Origin: the human T2T-CHM13v2.0 reference genome, Homo sapiens
Strand: one strand, 5' to 3'
Assembly (NCBI RefSeq): GCF_009914755.1
Contig: NC_060925.1
DNA length: 64,000 nucleotides
The notes under the pieces were generated by a model, which searched no databases, was not told where the DNA came from, and was given only the letters and a program-made list of their open reading frames with translations. Of the stretch, positions 48,145-61,466 are shown piece after piece. Within the stretch, counting starts at the first letter, position 1. Every line of letters starts with the position of its first letter. The translations under genes were made by a program, and so were the position numbers.

Positions 48145-48245
48145 CATTTCCTGTTTACAGAGGACTATAAAACCCCTGTCCTGTCCTCATTTGGGGCTGA
48201 CGCCATTTTAGGCATCAGACCGCCTGTGCCCAGGCGCTCATTAAA
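48145..48245 (+). promoter_or_regulatory. LTR3 core promoter/polyA motifs: TTCCTGTTTAC, TATAAAA, CGCCATTTT (YY1-like), ATTAAA
   Basis: Motifs occur in the expected LTR order; activity not shown. Confidence 0.5.
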
Positions 48246-48257
48246 ACAGCATGTTGC

Positions 48258-48631
<374 letters not shown>

Positions 48632-48892
48632 TTACACTCACCACTTCCGGGATGCCTCCCCTATCTTTTTGCAACTCTTTTTTGAGGGAATAATGGCACT
48701 GGGTTTACCTAGGGAGAAAGGATACTAAACTCTGGGGCTCCCAGGTTTGGCAGGCTCTTGTGGAAAAAAACCTGCCCTTGAAAAACCCCTAACCAAAGAG
48801 CTTTGAACAAGATGATCTGAGTGGGAACTCCTTCTCCCACGTGGTGTGGCCGGCCTCGTGTCTATTAAACTCTCTACTACAATGTCAGTGGC

Positions 48893-49010
48893 CTTTTTTT
48901 ATTATTTTTTTTTGAGACAGAGTTGCCCAGGCTAGAGTGCAATGGCGGGATCTCAGCTCACCACAACCTCCGCCTCCCGGGTTCAAGCAATTGTCCTGCC
49001 TCAGCCACCT
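48893..49010 (-). mobile_element. Alu right-arm fragment
   Basis: ttttgagacagagttgcccaggctagagtgcaatgg...cctgcctcagcc. Confidence 0.85.
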
Positions 49011-49364
49011 GACCAGTAGCCTTTCTTTATGCAGTGACAGGACGAATCCCTTGGGTGGTTACATGATAATGACAAAAAAAAAAAAAAAACTAGTTTGTTA
49101 TTCTAAGAAAGACATATTTGAAAAATGAGAAAATTTGTTGACTGTGGACAATAAAAGACAGTGTTACAAACAATATATGAGTCTTTTTAAGAGGAAATAA
49201 AATGTATCAAATCAGATCTATCGTCCACCACATCCCTCCTTCACTAGCCGGTAGGTGAAGCTCTTTCAAGTGGGTGAGGGTAGATGGTGGAGGAAAGATA
49301 AGTTTTGTTCAATTAAAAAACATGTATAGACAGTCTGCAGTGTCAGACACTGTGCTAAGCTCCT

Positions 49365-49470
49365 CATTACTTCAGGAGCTTGATAAAAATACTGATTTCA
49401 AGGCCCAGCTCCCAGAGATTCTGACTGAGTCTTTTTCTAAGGTGGGGTCCAGGAATCCTCATCTTTGAAC
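49365..49470. mobile_element. MER5 fragment
   Basis: aaaatactgatttcaaggccc...cagagattctga...ggtggggtccaggaatc. Confidence 0.65.
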
Positions 49471-50736
49471 ATTGGTCTTCACCCTTTCCACAAGGAATCA
49501 CAGTGGAGACTTTCATTGGATGGCACCTTGTGAAAACCTGCCCTAGTGTTTTGGAGATAAGGGGGGGGATGTTCATGGGGTAGAGGGGAGTGTCACTCTG
49601 GAGCACTCTCCTGCCTTGTGTGGCCACAGCACAGTCCCACAGTGAGGGGCCACGTGGCACTGCGCACCGATCTTGAGCTATAGTCACAAAGCTCCTAGGC
49701 ACCACCCACGAAAGGCCGGGTGATGGCAGAACAAAACCATCTGGAAACCTGAAGATGGCTATCTTCTCTTTTGCAGAGAACAAAGAAGATTACGTGTTTT
49801 GTTCCTACCTTGATTTCATTTTCAGTTCTTTTGGACACTGCCTTAGTTCAGCTCAAGTGCATTTGTGATTTCACATGTAAAAAAAATTACAAATGAGCAT
49901 CATATTATTCTTGCTTAGTGTTCACAATGCTTTGGCGTCCAGGCTATGTTCCCCTTCCTTTGCATTAAAAAATGTGTAATTTTCATATGTTAGAGCTAGA
50001 AGGGCACCAAAGAAGCCATGAAGATGAGCTTTCTGTTAATCTGTTGGTGGCTTGCATCATCATTGGATGATGCCTACTGAAGCAAACGCAAAATTCTATT
50101 ATAAAGCTAATTCTTAAACAATGTGCATTACATTCAGCTGCTGTGGCCACCTTAGCTGAGGAAGACATTTCTAAGGGATGTATGGTCCCTGAGGGCTCTG
50201 TTTAGGCATCATATCATCAGGAAGTTTATCCTTATTCATTCCTACTCCTTCCTCTCTCCCCTCAACTCTGGGATCTATGTTGTTCAATGTTGTACTATCA
50301 AAGACCGTATTTTATTGGCATTTTTTTTTCCTTTTCTTTCTCTCCTGCTGTGAGCTCCTTGAGGGAAATTTATGTTTCCCAGGTCTTTGCATTTCTAAGG
50401 CTACAATCAGAAAGTGACACAAAGTCTACATTAAAAAACTTTAATGAATTATAATTATGAATTATAACCAAATTAACAACACTGAACCTATTATTAATGA
50501 TTTAAGATATGTAGAATGTTATTGATATCTTTATTCATTGTGTTCCTTTTATTGTTGTTTTAGGGAATATAAATATGTAAGCGCTTACTTGTGGTGTTTT
50601 ATGACTTTGAGCCCCCAAATTTTATATTCATTATCAGATCCTGAATGTTCAACTGCCACAACTTCCATCACAGGCCAACTCAGGCTGTCCTAGCAGGCTG
50701 CTGGATGCCAGTCACATTAGGCTCAATTCAGGATGC

Positions 50737-50890
50737 AGTATGTGCTGGAGCTGGCACACACCTGCTCAAAGGAGCTGATCCTTAAATTTTCAGGAATTAT
50801 GTGAGAAGCTGTTAAACAATGGATAGCTTGAAATTGGCAATGGCAGGAGTATCTATACCAAAGCAACTGGCAAATACTACAAATCATATC
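50737..50890. mobile_element. MER63-type hAT element
   Basis: tgtgctggagctggc...ttaaattttcaggaatt...gaaattggc..tggcaggagtat...ggcaaatactacaaatca. Confidence 0.6.
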
Positions 50891-51001
50891 ACTGCTTCTA
50901 ATGAGTTACAAAGGTGTGTGCTTACATGCTACCCAAAAGGAACTTGAAGGCCTTCATGTGAAAAGATCATATGAATAAACACAAAGAAATTAGGGAATAA
51001 T

Positions 51002-51340
<339 letters not shown>

Positions 51341-52114
51341 TCAAGCCCTAAATTTAATATAATCAAGAACCAAAAGTTATAACACAGGTAAGTGATACAG
51401 GTATCAGAAATGGGAGATGTCACAGTCAACCAAAATTGTGGGGGGATCTTCAGTGAGGAGTTGGAAAGGATGCAGGAAAGAGAGGAGAGGAATATCTTCA
51501 GGATCAGGAACCAGCTGAACACAGCTGAACACATGGAGCCAAGCACCTCACATGTGTATAGGGGAGAGTAAAGAGGGCAACACGAATGCCACACAGCATG
51601 CAGCCCTCAGGGGGAGTCCACTGCACACACGCCTGGCTTCTGTGGAACTTGGTTACTGGAAGTACCACATCTGTTGTCTTGGTCCAGCTGTAGCAGAGCC
51701 ATGGATACTTAAGAGTTTGAGAATTAAGGTGATTGCGTAGCCGGTGCCTCCTCTATTTCACCTGTCTTGCTTATTGTCTATATCCTCTGTTTAATCCTCA
51801 TCTCGACCCTTTCCATTTATGATTAGAAGTTCTCTTCAAAAATATTTCTTTAAAAGCTTTGAGGGCTATTTCCATTTTTTGCTATCTTCATTTTTGTTAA
51901 CAGCTTTCCATGGTTTTCCTCATAATATATGCTTTTTTTAAAAAATATAACAAATCCCCATAATCCAGATTAAAGCTAAACAAACGCACCAGGCATTAAG
52001 CAAATCACAAACTCCAGGCTTTTTTCTGTAATACATGATACAAAACAATCAGTAACACTCAATTCCAGGACCAACGAGAAGGGAGACATTATAAAAAATT
52101 TAAAATGTCTCAAA

Positions 52115-52895
52115 ATTCTGTCACTACAGATTGGCCTTTTCTGAACATTTCATATAAATGGAACCACACAATATGTGTCTGGTTTCTTTTACTTGGCAGA
52201 TTTTTTTTTTAGGTTCATCTATGTTGTAGCATGCGTCAGTAGATTGTTCCCTTCCTCATTCACACCCATCTTCCTCCCTTCCTTCCTCTCTCCCTCCCTT
52301 CTTCTCTCTTTCCTTCCTTTCTTCCTCCCTTCCTTCCTCTCTCCCTCCCTTCTCTTTCCTTCTTTTCTTCCTCCCACTCTCCTTTCCTCCCCATCTTTCC
52401 TTCCTTCTTTCCTTCCTTCCTTCCTTCCTTCTATTCTTCCTCTATTTCTTTCCCAGATAGCATTCCATTGTACTAATGTACTACATTTTGTTTATCCATT
52501 TACCAGTTGTGACACAAGTTAGGGTTGTTTCCACTTTAGAAATAACTGTGAATCATGCTTCAGCCAACATTAATGTGCTATTCTTTGGATAGAAATATGT
52601 TTTTATTTCCTTTGGGTAAATAGTGGATATTTGAAAGTGGAATCATTGGATCAAATGGTCAACTTAGGTTGACATTTTTAAGAAACTGCCAAACCATTCT
52701 CCAAAATGGCTGCACCACCTTATATTCCCATCAGCAAGTGTGAGGGGGTCTTATTCACATCCTGGCCAACATTCCTTGTTGTCTGTCTTTTTTATTATAA
52801 CCATTGTTCTGAGTGTTTAGTGGTATCTCACTGTTTTGATTTGCATTTCCCTAACAACGACTGATGTTCATCGTCTTTTCATGCATTTATGCCAT
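52115..52895 (-). mobile_element. L1MB-type 3' fragment interrupted by a CT-rich repeat
   Basis: catttcatataaatggaa...gttcatctatgttgtagcatg...gaaactgccaaacc...ttgcatttccctaa. Confidence 0.8.
52248..52452. repeat. Polypyrimidine (TTCC/CTCC)n tract
   Basis: Seen directly. Confidence 0.92.
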
Positions 52896-53124
52896 GCTTT
52901 CTAATAAAGCATTCATTTCAAAATACATTCATTTGACTATTCGCAACTGATCTTTTCTTGTCACTATAAATCCCCAACTTAGAAAAAAACTCTTCTGATC
53001 TTAAGAGTATTGTCTTGGTGTTTATAACCATCACCTAGGTGTCAGCCTGCATGGATTCTTTTAGAGAATGGCACCCAATAATTGTCCTGTTTCTGTGTGC
53101 TACCCCTTTATGTGAACAGCCCTG

Positions 53125-53890
53125 CAGAGGAAGAGCCTGCTGGATGTTCCTGATGGCCCTCCAGACCTGCTCTTCTCTCTTGTCTCCCCTCATCTGTGCT
53201 CTGGAGGCTGACTTTGTACCAGGATCCCTTGTGTCTGGCTTCGGATGGAGACACAGGCAGGTAGAGAGCAACATTGAAGAGCATTTTTCCTCTGCTCCCT
53301 CACTGTGGGCTGCAGTTTGGAAGTAGCCACTGCCTTTCCCTGCCTAGTTTTTAATTCTGGCCAAGCAGACCCTTTCCAGGGGCTGAATACACTTGAAAGC
53401 TCCTACCAGGAGCTCCCTCCTCTCATACCTTCAGGGTTAGAGATGGTAAGGGCTGTTTTGGGTGACTGGTCCCTTATTCTTCTCCACCCACTGATGGGTC
53501 CCTTAACCTTGTCAACCCTTCTGGAGAGAGCTTCTTTTTAACTATTTATTTATTTAAATAGAATAGAGATAGCATCTCACTTTGTTGCCCAGGCTGATCT
53601 CGAACTCCTGGACTCAAGTGATGCTTCCGCCTTGGCCTGCTGAGTAGCTAGGACTACGGGCAAGTGCCACCATGCTTGGCTAATTTTTAAATTTTTTGTG
53701 GAGACAGGGTCTTCCTACTTCCTATGTGACCTAGGCTGGTCTTGAACTCTTGGGCTCAAGCAATCCTCCTGCCTTGGCCTCTCAAAATGCTGAGAATACA
53801 GGTATGAGCCACTATGCCCAATCTGGACAGAGCATCTTTAACTCTCATTTTTCAAGTGTGTCTTCTCCTTTTTGCTGGGACTCTGATACA
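53125..53890 (+). mobile_element. LTR33-type ERVL LTR interrupted by Alu
   Basis: cctgctggatgttcc..ccctccagacc..ggaggctgac...gtgtgtcttctcctttt.gctgggactctgataca. Confidence 0.65.
53544..53828 (-). mobile_element. Atypical old Alu dimer (right arm lacks the 31-nt segment)
   Basis: Both arms read ggctg(g/a)tct(c/t)gaactc; imperfect TSD agagc(t/a)tct..taact at 53527 and 53829. Confidence 0.8.
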
Positions 53891-54511
53891 GGAGATAAGC
53901 AAAACTCCTTTGTGAAACCTAAGACCAGCACTTTTATGCATAAAACAAATGGTTAGTGCTAATGATTAACTTAAAGTAGTTTCTTCAGACATATTTGACA
54001 CAACATTACCCACTAGTGCCTGTTCACCTCTGATCTTGTAGCACTTTGGGCTTTTCACAAGGACTTGTCACCCTCTACCTTGCTTTGTACTCACTTGCAG
54101 TAGGAGACAATTCCCACCACCTTCACCCCAAACAGCATAAAAATGTAAAAGTTTTTTCCAGTTTCCCTAAAGTCATCTGAGCAGCTCTCCCTAACCCAGA
54201 GGAGTGCAATTACTCTAAGAACCTGTCCATACAGGCGTTTTTTAGTAGATGTTCTTTACTCAGATTGGAGTTATGAATTGCTAACCGTCTAAATTCTCTA
54301 CTGATTGGGAGAATGAGATGAGGAGTGAGGGGAAGAAAGGAATAAAGACTCATCTGAAGCTTCCTAAGAGGGCCAGCCCAGGAGAAAACAGCCATGAGGC
54401 AGTTCAAATCTGCCTAGCCAAGCCAGGGACAAGGAGCTGGGAATCCCCACGTGCTGTAACTGTCACAAATGCCACACTCAAATGCAGATCCCTGGGCCAC
54501 TACAGATTCAC

Positions 54512-56776
54512 TGTATTAATCCATTCTCACACTGCTATGAAGAAACCCTGAGACTGGGTAACTTATAAAGGAAAGAGGTTTAATTGATTCATGGTTCTGC
54601 ATTGCTTGGGAGGCCTCAGGAAACTTACAGTCATGGTGGAAGACAAAGGAGAAGAAGGCATCTTCCTCATAGGGTGGCAGGACGGAGTGAGTGTCAAGCA
54701 AAGGCGGAAAAGTCCCTTACAGACCATCAAATCTCTTGAGAACTCAGTATCACAAGAACAGCATGGGGGTAACCACCCCTATGATTCAATTACCTCCCAT
54801 AGGGTCCCTCACACCACGTGGGAATTATGGGAACTACAATTCAAGATGAGATTTGGGTGGGGATACAGACAAACCATATCATTATGCCCCTGGCCCCTGG
54901 AAAATCTCATGTACCCACATTTCAAAACCAATCATGCCTTCAGCATTAACTCAGAAGTCCACAGTCCAAAGTCTCATCTGAGATAAGGCAGGTCTCTTCC
55001 ACCTATGAGCCTGTAAAATCAAAAGCAGGTTAGTTACTTCCTAGACACCGTGATGGTACACGCATTGAGTAAAGACAGCTGTTCCAAGTGGGAGAAATTG
55101 GCCAAAACAAAGGGGCTGCAGGCCCCATGCTAGTCCAAAATCCAGCAGGGCAGTCAAATCTTAAAGCTCCAAAATGATCTCCTTTGACTCCATGTCTCAC
55201 ATCTAGGTCATGCTGATGCAAGACGTGGGTCCCCATGGTCTTGGGCAGCTCCACCCCTGTGGCTCTGCAGGGTACAACCTCCCTCCTGGCTGCTTTCGTG
55301 GGCTGGCACTGAGTGCCTACAGGTTTTCCAGGTGCACAGTGCAAGCTGTCAGTGGATCTACCATTCTGAGGTCTGAAGGATGGTGGCCTTCTCAAAGCTC
55401 CACTAGGCAAGGCCCCAGTAGGGACTCTGTGTGGGGGCTCTGAACCTACGTTTCCCTTTTGCGCTACCCTAGCAGGGCTTCTCCATGAAAGCCCTGCCCC
55501 TGTAGCAGACTTCTGCCTGGACATCCAGGCATTTCCATACATCTTCTGAAATCCACGCAGAGGTTCCCAAACCTCAATTCTTGACTTCTGTGCACTCTCA
55601 GGCTGAACACCATGTGGAAGCTGCCAAAGGTTGAGGCTTTAACCCTGTAAAGCAATGGACTGAGCTCTACGTTGACCCCTTTCAGCCATGGCTGGAGTGG
55701 CTGGGATGAAGGACAAGTCCCTAGGCTGCAGACAGCATGGGAATCCTGGGCCTGGCCAATGAAACCACTTTTCCTCCTAGGCCTCCAGGCCTGTGATGGG
55801 AAGGGCTGCCGTGAAGACCTCAGACATGCCCTGGAGGCATTTTACCCATTGTCTTGGTGATTAACATTCAGCTCCTCCTTACATATGCAAATTTATGCAG
55901 CCAGCTTGATTTTCTCCTCAGAAAACGGGATTTTCTTTTCTATCATGTTGTCAAGCTGCGAATTTTCCAAACTTTTATGCTCTACTTCCATCATAAAACC
56001 CAATGCTTTTAACAGCACCTGAGTCATCTCTTGAATGGTTTGCTACTTAGAAATTTCTTCCGCCAGATACCCTAAATCATCTCTCTCAAGTTCAAAGTTC
56101 CACAAATATCTCAGGCAGGAGCAAAATGCTGCCAGTCTCTTTGCTAAAACATAACAAGGGTCATCTTTGCTCCAGTTCCCAACAAGTTCCTCATCTCCAT
56201 CTGAGACCACCTCAGCCTGGATCTTATTGTTCCTATCACTATCAGCGTTTTTGTCAGAGCCATTCAACAAGTCTCTAGGGAGTTCCAAATTTTCTCACAT
56301 TTTACTGTCTTCTTCTGAGCCCTCCAAACTATTCCAACCTCTGCCTGTTACCCAGTTCCAAAGTCATTTCCACATGTTTGGGTATCTTTTCAGCAATACC
56401 CCACTCTACTGGTCAATTTACTGTATTAGTCCATTTTCATGCTGCCGATAATGACATACCTGAGACTTGCCAATTTACAAAAGAAAGAGGTTTAATTGGA
56501 CTTGCAGTTCCATGTGGCTAGGGAAGCCTCACAATCATGGCAGAAGGCAAGGAGGAGCAAGTCATGTCTTACATGGATGGTGGCAGGCAAAAAGAGAGCT
56601 TGTGGAGGGGAACTCCTCTTTTTAAAACCATCAGATCTCATGAGACTCATCCACTATCACAAGAACAGCATGGGAAAGACCTGCCCCCATGATTCAATCA
56701 CTTCCCACCAGGTCCCTCTCACAACATGTGGGAATTCAAGATGAGATCTGGGTGAAGACACAGCCAAACCATATCT
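54512..56776 (-). mobile_element. Full-length THE1 MaLR provirus: 5' LTR 56422-56776 (THE1A-like), internal 54882-56421, 3' LTR 54512-54881 (THE1C-like)
   Basis: Both LTRs run tgtatta...aaaccatatc on +; THE1-int start (gtaaattg..ccagtagagtgg on -) and PPT (ggggccaggggcataa) present. Confidence 0.95.
55030..56288 (-). pseudogene. Decayed THE1-internal ORF remnants
   Basis: ORF pieces MELPRDLLNG...NFELERDDLGYLAEEISK and MYGNAWMSRQK...PPHRVPTGALPSGA are typical THE1-int translations, broken by stops and frameshifts. Confidence 0.7.
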
Positions 56777-56839
56777 GCAAGCAAGGAGGGATGTACCTTT
56801 AGTAGAATTAAACCACTTATTTATGTGAAATACTACCAC

Positions 56840-57200
56840 TGCTATGGTCTGAATGTTTGTGTCCCCCCTAGAAATTCATATGTTGAAATGAAATCACCAC
56901 TGTATTTAGAGGTGGGGGCTTCAAGAGTTGATTAGATCATGAGGGCAAAGCCTCATGAATGAGATTAGTGCCCTTATAAAGGAGGCCTGAGGGAGATTGC
57001 TTGTCCTTTCTGCCATGTGAAAATACAGCGAGAAGGAACCATCTGTGAACCAGAGAATGAAACCTCACTGGTGACTAAATCTGCCAGTGCCTTGATCTTA
57101 GTACTTGCCAGCCTCCAGAACTCTGAGAAATACATTTCTATTGTGTATAAGCCACTCAGCCCATGATATTTTCTTATAGCCGCCTGAGTGGACTAAGGCA
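56840..57200 (+). mobile_element. MLT1A-type MaLR solo LTR
   Basis: tgctatggtctgaatgtttgtgtcccc...gcctccagaactctgagaaat...gactaaggca. Confidence 0.88.
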
Positions 57201-58038
57201 GTAATGTAAAGATTTTACTAGCTTTTATAGTAAAAATCTAGCTTTTCTAGTTTGTTCTTCATATATATATATATATGAGCATTTTCAAACAGAGTACTTC
57301 TGGAAGCTGAACAACAGTGTCTCCTGTTAAAAAATTCAAATCCTCATCCAAATTGACATACATGTGCTGGCGCATATGTTGTTTATTTCTCTGCTGTTTA
57401 TACCAAACTTTTCCTGCAAACGCATCCATCACACACACATGTGGATACGCACAGGCACACACATCCAAATACACTGCAGGTAAGACCCACTACTACTAGT
57501 CTCACAGTTTCACAGTGATGTTGGGCCAAAAACCTGATCCATTATTACTTACTGCGGTTCACGGAAGCAGCTTTGTAAACCTACATAAAGATTCCCCCTT
57601 CCTTGGGAAGCCATAAATGCAACGTTTCACTGAGCAGCATGGAGGCAGGGTGTTAACCTGCTGTGTGACTGCTTTCAAAGAGCCAGCACTCCTCAGCAGA
57701 AGCCTAATCATCTCTGTGGATGTGCTGTCCTGGGCCTGCTTCGATAAGTGCTGTTTATGTGGCTGTATTTTCAAGATAGCATGGAGGGATGCTAAACTTG
57801 GTATTTGAAATCTGTTTTTCCTCACGGCAGCAACAAGCCTGCAGCACAGCGCTACCAGCCAGCTAGCCAACCCCACAGCCGCCTGTTGGGCAAAGGAACC
57901 CTGGAACTCGTTGAGGTTGCAGGAACATACAGAAGATCATTTCTCCTCTTTCATTTTCTTGCTGCCTTTTCTTTCTTAAAATCTTAACGTCCCAAAGGAA
58001 CAACTGATGTGAGTCAGTATGTGTTGGCAGGGCAGGAT

Positions 58039-58039
<1 letters not shown>

Positions 58040-58079
<40 letters not shown>
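58040..58079. repeat. (GT)n microsatellite
   Basis: Seen directly. Confidence 0.95.
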
Positions 58080-58080
<1 letters not shown>

Positions 58081-58136
58081 CGTGTTCATTCTTCCTGTTC
58101 CTGTTTTCCCACCTCAGCCTTGGGTGTCGATGAAAC

Positions 58137-58408
<272 letters not shown>

Positions 58409-58622
58409 AAATGTTTTATATACCTATTTGCTCCAGGCAGAGTTTGAAGGCAGAGACTTATATCAATTAGAGATCCATAAAAGCCAGTGAGGTGACATGA
58501 ACAAAAGCATTCCCACCAACACTGGAAGTATTCAAGCCAGATTTTAAACATGAGATTTCCACTTTAGGATAAAGGTTGGATCCGATAACTTTGAAGATCC
58601 TCTGCCATTTAAAAATTCTATG

Positions 58623-58905
<283 letters not shown>

Positions 58906-59233
58906 TATTCTGTGATGCCATGATCTTACTCCCAGTTTAATGAACAGTTCTGATGGTGATGTTTAGAGTGAAACTCATAGTTTCCTTGAATATTTTCCTA
59001 CTTTGCATATTTCCCAAGATGCTTTTTCCATTTTGAGGAAGATACAAGATAAGATACTTCTCACTGAAAGTTCTCCTTTAAGGGGAGAAGCAATGGCATC
59101 TGAATCTCAAAGTTTGGAAAAAATAAACCGTTTTTTATCTCTTGGCTGAAGGCAAAGTGAAGAAGTAACCACAGCTCAGCTCTGTGGAGAGTGGGGGTGG
59201 CAGATGGGAAGGTGAAGGAAGGAAAAGCAAACA

Positions 59234-59572
59234 CAGTCAGCCCTCCCTCCACACTGGCATCCATGCATCCACGGATTCAACTAACCAAGGACCAAAATAT
59301 CCCAAAAATAAGAAGAAAAATTAAAATGACAGTACAATGAAAAAAAAATACAATCTAATAAGACAATAGAGCACAACAACTATTTCAATAACATTTACAT
59401 TGTATGAGGTATTATAAGTAATCTAGAGATGATTTAAAGTATATGGGAGTATGTGCCCATATACACAATGGCAAATCCTATGCCGTTTTATATAAGAGAC
59501 TTGAGCATCTCCAGATTTTGGTATCTGAGGGGAATCCTGGAACCAATTCCCTGCAGATACTGAGAAACAACG
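59234..59572 (-). mobile_element. MER2 (Tc1/mariner-Tigger)
   Basis: catccacggattcaac...gacttgagcatc..gattttggtatctg..gg..tcctggaaccaattccc. Confidence 0.85.
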
Positions 59573-59816
59573 CTATGCTCTGGGCAGAAGTACTTCCAGA
59601 AGAGCCACACGATTGTTCCCCTATCCTTGCTCAACAAAATGCCAGCATCAGAAGAAACAATGGAAAAACCTGATTCTTTCACAAGAGCTGACCTCTGACT
59701 ATAAAGGATTTAGGGACAAGATTCCCAACCTACTCTATATGGCAAAGGAAGAAAATAAAATGTTATCTTCTTTCTCCCCAGAGGTCACTCATTGCTTTTC
59801 CTCTCCAAAATATGCT

Positions 59817-60132
59817 TGTCTTAGTTCATTCAGCGGCTATAACAAAATACCATAGACTGAGTGTCTTATACACAACAGGAATGTATTGCTCACAGTTCTG
59901 GAGGCTGGGAAGTCCAAGATCAAGGTGACAGTGGATTTAGTGTCTGCTGAGGACCCACTTTCTGATTCATAGATGATGCTTTCTTGCTGTGTGGGCACTA
60001 ATCTCATTCATAAAGGCTCTACCTTCAGGGCCTAATCACCTCCCCAAGCCCCAGCCTCCTAATACCATCGTATTGGGGGTGAGGATTTCAACATGTGAAT
60101 TTTGGGGACGTAGAAACACTCGGCTTATAGCA
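59817..60132 (-). mobile_element. MLT1A-type MaLR solo LTR
   Basis: tgtcttagttcatt...cacagttctggaggctgggaagtccaagatcaagg...tatagca; near-TSD atgct/gtgct. Confidence 0.88.
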
Positions 60133-60891
60133 GTGCTCTTTTTATTTTGCCTTACTGATAGCTAAGGTCACTCTGTGTGCACATTTATTTCACACTTGAA
60201 GCATCCCTGGTGTTTTTAATAATCACCTCCAGCCTGTCACGTGAAATTAATAACACACACACACGACTCCATTTTTCATCAAGGCCACCTTCCAGAAAGA
60301 AATTACTCTTTGACTACTCAGAGAAAGGTGCAGAGATTATTATAAAAATCAGGAGAGGCAATGAATAATATGAAGAAATTCAGTGTCCCAAGTTCTTTTC
60401 CTCCCACACTTATTTGTAGCCAGTGTGATCATTCCTTATGCACCTAAACTGCATAATCTAAATTAATTCCAATGTGTTGTAGAGTTTCACCACCATTACA
60501 GTTTGCTGTGATTAGCAAACCTTAACCTAGTGCCTTCATGTAGAAGTATGACTATTTTCACAGTTTTGTATGAATGTACTTGCTATATGACCTTGGGTAA
60601 CTCACTTTACCTTCTTTGTCTTGGTCTTTTACCATCTGTAAAATATAGTATAGTTTTTCCTTCTCCATATTTTATGATTAAGAAAAAATAGAAGATGGTT
60701 AGAAAATAATAGGAACACATGATTCATGCAATCATGCCAAAAGTACCAGGAAATCACATTTCAACATATAATTTCTATGCAGGTTATCAGTAAAGCACAT
60801 CTTTAAATCACTTTCAATCAATTCACAAGGTAACAGAATTTTGATTTTTTTCCCCTTTTTAGGTGCGGATTAAATATCCCATCTAGATTAA

Positions 60892-60895
<4 letters not shown>

Positions 60896-60934
<39 letters not shown>
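60896..60934. repeat. (TA)~19 microsatellite
   Basis: Seen directly. Confidence 0.95.
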
Positions 60935-60937
<3 letters not shown>

Positions 60938-61147
60938 AGAATCAATGCAATATCATATAGGTCTCAAAATACGTTATTTTCTTACTCCTTCTTTACATTC
61001 TTCTCATTAAGTCATTTTTTTCACTTAACAAATATTAATTGAGTGGCTACTATATTCCAAGAAGTATGTTAGGCATCACAGGCTCTCATTTTATCTATAT
61101 GCCTGGTGACAGGATAGCTTTGCCTTGACTATATGGTGTTTTCAAAT

Positions 61148-61466
61148 TTTCTTTCTTTTCTTTTTCTTTTTTTTTTTTTTTTTTTGAGACGGAGTCTCAC
61201 CCTGTTGCCCAGGCTGGAGTATAGTGTGCTATCTTGGCTCATTGCAGTATCTGCCTCCCGGATACAAGTCATTCTCCTGCCTCAGCCTCCCAAGTAGCTG
61301 AGATTACAGGTGTGTGCTACAATGCCCAGCTAATTTTTATAATTTTAGAAAAGACAAAATTTTGTCATGTTGGCCAGGCCAGTCTTGAACTACTGACCTC
61401 AAGTGATCCACCCACCTCGGCCTTCCAAAGTGCTGGGATTACAGGCATGAGCCACCATGACTGGCC
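61148..61466 (-). mobile_element. Alu (S/J, diverged)
   Basis: Antisense dimeric Alu with T tail. Confidence 0.92.

Noticed and set aside
55030-55542. 170-aa ORF as a functional protein
   Set aside because: Fragment of the decayed THE1 internal ORF found in many genomic copies
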